Origin: Eledone cirrhosa
Taxonomy: Eukaryota
Direction: 5' to 3'
NCBI GenBank assembly: GCA_964016885.1
Contig: OZ024743.1
Location: forward strand, 376,712,001 to 376,776,000
DNA: 64,000 bases
Shown: positions 57,584 through 64,000 of the stretch, piece after piece
Layout: each line of letters opens with the position of its first letter
How positions within the stretch are numbered: position 1 is the first letter of the stretch
Made by a program: the position numbers and the translations under genes
The notes under the pieces: model-generated
What the model saw: only the letters and a program-made list of their open reading frames with translations
The model's database searches: none
Told to the model about the DNA's origin: nothing

Positions 57584-57692
57584 GCTTCTTTTATTGGCCA
57601 CAAGGGCCCAATAATAATAATAATAATAATAATTCCTTGTATTGTCACAAGGGCCCAATAATAATAATTCCTTGTATTGCCCACAAGGACCA
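57584..57692 (-). mobile_element. Three ~25-bp stubs resembling the Tx1-like 3' terminus, in (AAT)n
   Basis: TTCTTTTATTGGCCACAAGGGC vs TTCTTTTATTTGCCACAAGGGC at 46166. Confidence 0.5.
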
Positions 57693-57697
57693 ATGCT

Positions 57698-59085
57698 GTG
57701 GTGATGATAATAGTGGTGGTGATGGTGGTGGGTAGGTGGTTGGTAGTGGTGGTGGTGGTGGTGATAATAGTGATGGTGATGGTGGTGGTGATAATTGTGG
57801 TGGTGATGGTGGTGGTGTAGGTGGTGGTAGTGGTGGTGGTGGTGGTGATAATAGTGGTGGTGATGGTGGTGGTGATAATTGTGGTGGTGATGGTGGTGGT
57901 GTAGGTGGTGGTAGTGGTGGTGGTGGTGGTGATAATAGTGGTGGTGATGGTGGTGGTGTAGGTGGTGGTAGTGGTGGTGGTGGTGGTGATAATTGTGGTG
58001 GTGATGATAATAGTGGTGATGGTGGTGGTGGTGGTGGTGGTGGTGGTGGTGGTGATGGTGATGATAATAGTGGTGGTGGAGATGGTGGTGGTGGTGGTGG
58101 TGGTGGTGGTGGTGGTGGTGATAATTGTGGTGGTGATGATAATAGTGGTGGTGGTGGTAGTGATGGTGATGATAATAGTGGTGGTGGTGGTGGTGGTGGT
58201 GGTGGTGATGGTAATGGTGGTGCTGATGATAATGGTGGAGGTGGGGGTGGGGTGATGATAATGGTGGTGGTGGTGGTGATTATGGTTGTGCTCATGGTAG
58301 TGATGGTAATGGTGTTGGTCGGGGGTGATGGTGGTGGTGGCGGTGGTGGTAATGGTAGTCGTAGTGGTGGTGTTGGTTAAAAACTCAAACATAAACAAAC
58401 ATCTCCCACCCAACCATTTTTTTGTCATAAAAAGTGTTGTCTGTTGAAGGAGGCAGCTTACTACAAATCTTATTTTCTGTTTGGAAAGTCCTGCTGCCAC
58501 CATTCATCACCACCACCACCACCATTCATCATCACCACCACCTCCATCATCACCACCACCACCACCATTCATCATCACCACCACCACCACCTCCATCACC
58601 ACCACCACCACCACCATTCATCACCACCACCACCTCCATCATCACCACCACCACCACCACCACCATCATCACCGCCACCACCATCATCATCACCACCACC
58701 ACCACCGCCATCATCACCACCACCACCACCACCACCAATCATCACCATCACCACCTCCATCATCACCACCACCACCACCATTCATCACCACCACCACCTC
58801 CATCATCACCACCACCACCACCATTCATCACCACCACCACCACCACCTCCATCATCACCACCACCACCACCACCATCATCACCACCACCACCATCATCAT
58901 CACCACCACCACCATCATCACCACCACCACCATCATCACCACCACCACCACCATCATCATCATCACCACCACCACCTCCATCATCACCACCACCACGACC
59001 ACGACCACCACCATCATCACCACCACCACCACCACCATCATCATCATCATCGCCATCATCATCGTCATCATTAACATTATCACCA
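57698..59085. repeat. (GGT/GAT)n block 57698-58376 and complementary (CCA/TCA)n block 58496-59085
   Basis: Read directly from the sequence. Confidence 0.92.
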
Positions 59086-59133
59086 TCCACATCCTTAAAT
59101 GAGACTTGTAAGACTGTACAGCTTCCAAGCTTT

Positions 59134-62100
59134 GTGTATGTGTGTGTGGTAGATTGGATATGTGTGTATGTGTGTGTGTGAGGTAGATAGGATGTGTGTG
59201 AGGTAGATTGGATATGTGTGTATGTGTGTGTGTGAGGTAGATTGGATATGTGTGTATGTGTGTGTGTGTGGTAGATTAGATATGTGTGTATGTGTGTGTG
59301 TGAGGTAGATTGGATATGTGTGTATGTGTGTGTGTGTGGTAGATTGGATATGTGTGTATGTGTGTGTGTGAGGTAGATTGGATATGTGTGTATGTCTGTG
59401 TGTGAGGTAGATTGGATATGTGTGTATGTGTGTGTGTGTGGTAGATTGGATATGTGTGTATGTGTGTGTGTGTGGTAGATTGGATATGTGTGTATGTCTG
59501 TGTGTGAGGTAGATTCGATATGTGTGTATGTCTGTGTGTGAGGTAGATTCGATATGTGTGTATGTGTGTGTGTGAGGTAGATTGGATATGTGTGTATGTG
59601 TGTGTGTGAGGTAGATTGGATATGTGTGTATGTGTGTGTGTGTGGTAGATTGGATATGTGTGTATGTCTGTGTGTGAGGTAGATTGGATATGTGTGTATG
59701 TGTGTGTGTGAGGTAGATTGGATATGTGTGTATGTGTGTGTGAGGTAGATTGGATATGTGTGTATGTGTGTGTGTGAGGTAGATTGGATATGTGTGTATG
59801 TGTGTGTGTGAGGTAGATTGGATATGTGTGTATGTGTGTGTGTGAGGTAGATTGGATATGTGTGTATGTGTGTGTGTGTGGTAGATTGGATATGTGTGTA
59901 TGTGTGTGTGTGATGTAGATTGGATATGTGTGTATGTGTGTGTGTGTGGTAGATTGGATATGTGTGTATGTCTGTGTGTGAGGTAGATTGGATATGTGTG
60001 TATGTCTGTGTGTGAGGTAGATTAGATATGTGTGTATGTGTGTGTGTGTGGTAGATTGGATATGTGTGTATGTGTGTGTGTGAGGTAGATTGGATATGTG
60101 TGTATGTGTGTGTGTGTGGTAGATTGGATATGTGTGTATGTCTGTGTGTGAGGTAGATTGGATATGTGTGTATGTCTGTGTGTGAGGTAGATTGGATATG
60201 TGTGTATGTGTGTGTGTGAGGTAGATTGGATATGTGTGTATGTGTGTGTGTGAGGTAGATTGGATATGTGTGTATGTGTGTGTGTGTGGTAGATTGGATA
60301 TGTGTGTATGTGTGTGTGTGAGGTAGATTGGATATGTGTGTATGTGTGTGTGTGTGGTAGATTGGATATGTGTGTATGTCTGTGTGTGAGGTAGATTGGA
60401 GATGTGTGTATGTGTGTGTGTGTGGTAGATTGGATATGTGTGTATGTGTGTGTGTGCGGTAGATTGGATATGTGTGTATGTCTGTGTGTGAGGTAGATTG
60501 GATATGTGTGTATGTGTGTGAGGTAGATTGGATATGTGTGTATGTGTGTGTGTGAGGTAGATTGGATATGTGTGTATGTGTGTGTGTGAGGTAGATTGGA
60601 TATGTGTGTATGTGTGTGTGTGAGGTAGATTGGATATGTGTGTATGTGTGTGTGTGTGGTAGATTAGATATGTGTGTATGTGTGTGTGTGAGGTAGATTG
60701 TATATGTGTGTATGTGTGTGTGTGTGGTAGATTGGATATGTGTGTATGTGTGTGTGTGAGGTAGATTGGATATGTGTGTATGTCTGTGTGTGAGGTAGAT
60801 TGGATATGTGTGTATGTGTGTGTGTGTGGTAGATTGGATATGTGTGTATGTGTGTGTGTGTGGTAGATTGGATATGTGTGTATGTCTGTGTGTGAGGTAG
60901 ATTCGATATGTGTGTATGTCTGTGTGTGAGGTAGATTCGATATGTGTGTATGTGTGTGTGTGAGGTAGATTGGATATGTGTGTATGTGTGTGTGTGAGGT
61001 AGATTGGATATGTGTGTATGTGTGTGTGTGTGTGGTAGATTGGATATGTGTGTATGTCTGTGTGTGAGGTAGATTGGATATGTGTGTATGTGTGTGTGTG
61101 AGGTAGATTGGATATGTGTGTATGTGTGTGTGTGAGGTAGATTGGATATGTGTGTATGTGTGTGTGTGTGGTAGATTGGATATGTGTGTATGTGTGTGTG
61201 TGAGGTAGATTGGATATGTGTGTATGTGTGTGTGTGTGGTAGATTGGATATGTGTGTATGTCTGTGTGTGAGGTAGATTGGATATGTGTGTATGTCTGTG
61301 TGTGAGGTAGATTGGATATGTGTGTATGTGTGTGTGTGTGGTAGATTGGATATGTGTGTATGTGTGTGTGTGAGGTAGATTGGATATGTGTGTATGTGTG
61401 TGTGTGTGGTAGATTGGATATGTGTGTATGTCTGTGTGTGAGGTAGATTGGATATGTGTGTATGTCTGTGTGTGAGGTAGATTGGATATGTGTGTATGTG
61501 TGTGTGTGAGGTAGATTGGATATGTGTGTATGTGTGTGTGTGAGGTAGATTGGATATTTGTGTATGTGTGTGTGTGTGGTAGATTGGATATGTGTGTATG
61601 TGTGTGTGTGAGGTAGATTGGATATGTGTGTATGTGTGTGTGTGTGGTAGATTGGATATGTGTGTATGTCTGTGTGTGAGGTAGATTGGAGATGTGTGTA
61701 TGTGTGTGTGTGTGGTAGATTGGATATGTGTGTATGTGTGTGTGTGAGGTAGATTGGATATGTGTGTATGTGTGTGTGTGTGGTAGATTGGATATGTGTG
61801 TATGTGTGTGTGTGAGGTAGATTGGATATGTGTGTATGTGTGTGTGTGTGGTAGATTGGATATGTGTGTATGTCTGTGTGTGAGGTAGATTGGATATGTG
61901 TGTATGTCTGTGTGTGAGGTAGATTGGATATGTGTGTATGTGTGTGTGTGTGGTAGATTGGATATGTGTGTATGTGTGTGTGTGAGGTAGATTGGATATG
62001 TGTGTATGTGTGTGTGTGTGGTAGATTGGATATGTGTGTATGTCTGTGTGTGAGGTAGATTGGATATGTGTGTATGTCTGTGTGTGAGGTAGATTGGAGA

Positions 62101-64000
62101 TGTGTGTATGTGTGTGTGTGTGGTAGATTGGATATGTGTGTATGTGTGTGTGTGTGGTAGATTGGATATGTGTGTATGTGTGTGTGTGCGGTAGATTGGA
62201 TATGTGTGTATGTGTGTGTGTGTGGTAGATTGGATATGTGTGTATGTGTGTGTGTGAGGTAGATTGGATATGTGTGTATGTGTGTGTGTGAGGTAGATTG
62301 GATATGTGTGTATGTGTGTGTGTGTGGTAGATTGGATATGTGTGTATGTGTGTGTGTGTGGTAGATTGGATATGTGTGTATGTCTGTGTGTGAGGTAGAT
62401 TGGAGATGTGTGTATGTGTGTGTGTGTGGTAGATTGGATATGTGTGTATGTGTGTGTGTGCGGTAGATTGGATATGTGTGTATGTCTGTGTGTGAGGTAG
62501 ATTGGATATGTGTGTATGTGTGTGAGGTAGATTGGATATGTGTGTATGTGTGTGTGTGAGGTAGATTGGATATGTGTGTATGTGTGTGTGTGAGGTAGAT
62601 TGGATATGTGTGTATGTGTGTGTGTGAGGTAGATTGGATATGTGTGTATGTGTGTGTGTGTGGTAGATTAGATATGTGTGTATGTGTGTGTGTGAGGTAG
62701 ATTGTATATGTGTGTATGTGTGTGTGTGTGGTAGATTGGATATGTGTGTATGTGTGTGTGTGAGGTAGATTGGATATGTGTGTATGTCTGTGTGTGAGGT
62801 AGATTGGATATGTGTGTATGTGTGTGTGTGTGGTAGATTGGATATGTGTGTATGTGTGTGTGTGTGGTAGATTGGATATGTGTGTATGTCTGTGTGTGAG
62901 GTAGATTCGATATGTGTGTATGTCTGTGTGTGAGGTAGATTCGATATGTGTGTATGTGTGTGTGTGAGGTAGATTGGATATGTGTGTATGTGTGTGTGTG
63001 AGGTAGATTGGATATGTGTGTATGTGTGTGTGTGTGTGGTAGATTGGATATGTGTGTATGTCTGTGTGTGAGGTAGATTGGATATGTGTGTATGTGTGTG
63101 TGTGAGGTAGATTGGATATGTGTGTATGTGTGTGTGTGAGGTAGATTGGATATGTGTGTATGTGTGTGTGTGTGGTAGATTGGATATGTGTGTATGTGTG
63201 TGTGTGAGGTAGATTGGATATGTGTGTATGTGTGTGTGTGTGGTAGATTGGATATGTGTGTATGTCTGTGTGTGAGGTAGATTGGATATGTGTGTATGTC
63301 TGTGTGTGAGGTAGATTGGATATGTGTGTATGTGTGTGTGTGTGGTAGATTGGATATGTGTGTATGTGTGTGTGTGAGGTAGATTGGATATGTGTGTATG
63401 TGTGTGTGTGTGGTAGATTGGATATGTGTGTATGTCTGTGTGTGAGGTAGATTGGATATGTGTGTATGTCTGTGTGTGAGGTAGATTGGATATGTGTGTA
63501 TGTGTGTGTGTGAGGTAGATTGGATATGTGTGTATGTGTGTGTGTGAGGTAGATTGGATATTTGTGTATGTGTGTGTGTGTGGTAGATTGGATATGTGTG
63601 TATGTGTGTGTGTGAGGTAGATTGGATATGTGTGTATGTGTGTGTGTGTGGTAGATTGGATATGTGTGTATGTCTGTGTGTGAGGTAGATTGGAGATGTG
63701 TGTATGTGTGTGTGTGTGGTAGATTGGATATGTGTGTATGTGTGTGTGTGAGGTAGATTGGATATGTGTGTATGTGTGTGTGTGTGGTAGATTGGATATG
63801 TGTGTATGTGTGTGTGTGAGGTAGATTGGATATGTGTGTATGTGTGTGTGTGTGGTAGATTGGATATGTGTGTATGTCTGTGTGTGAGGTAGATTGGATA
63901 TGTGTGTATGTCTGTGTGTGAGGTAGATTGGATATGTGTGTATGTGTGTGTGTGTGGTAGATTGGATATGTGTGTATGTGTGTGTGTGAGGTAGATTGGA
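59134..64000. repeat. 34-bp satellite (GGTAGATTGGATATGTGTGTATGTGTGTGTGTGA)n, about 140 copies, running off the window end
   Basis: Read directly. Rare variants recur at a 2004-bp offset. Confidence 0.98.

Noticed and set aside
57439-59181. Extensin-, mucin- or His-rich proteins
   Set aside because: Open in several frames on both strands simply because (GGT)n/(CCA)n lack stops.

Overview
AT-rich, microsatellite-saturated animal DNA, most likely an octopus or other coleoid cephalopod (inferred from the SINE families and repeat load). I found no supportable host gene, and almost every ORF in the track is a translated simple repeat. There is one 200-N gap. Recognisable content: (1) a series of short elements inserted in (TA)n tracts that carry type I hammerhead ribozyme motifs of unrelated sequence families (5 with intact cores, 2-3 decayed, several half-motifs), most with an inverted or direct partial duplicate, plus two decayed Penelope-like RT/GIY-YIG remnants that could represent their autonomous partners; (2) a Tx1/L1-clade LINE found only in (GATA)n tracts, as a head-to-tail stack of three 5'-truncated copies plus a solo copy, with related 3' stubs in (AAT)n; (3) two or three tRNA-derived SINE families, including an ABAB tandem array; (4) relics of CRE-clade and RTE-like LINEs and of a hAT/Charlie transposon; (5) 13-bp and 34-bp satellites with higher-order periodicity. 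All calls were made by eye and no database searches were run.
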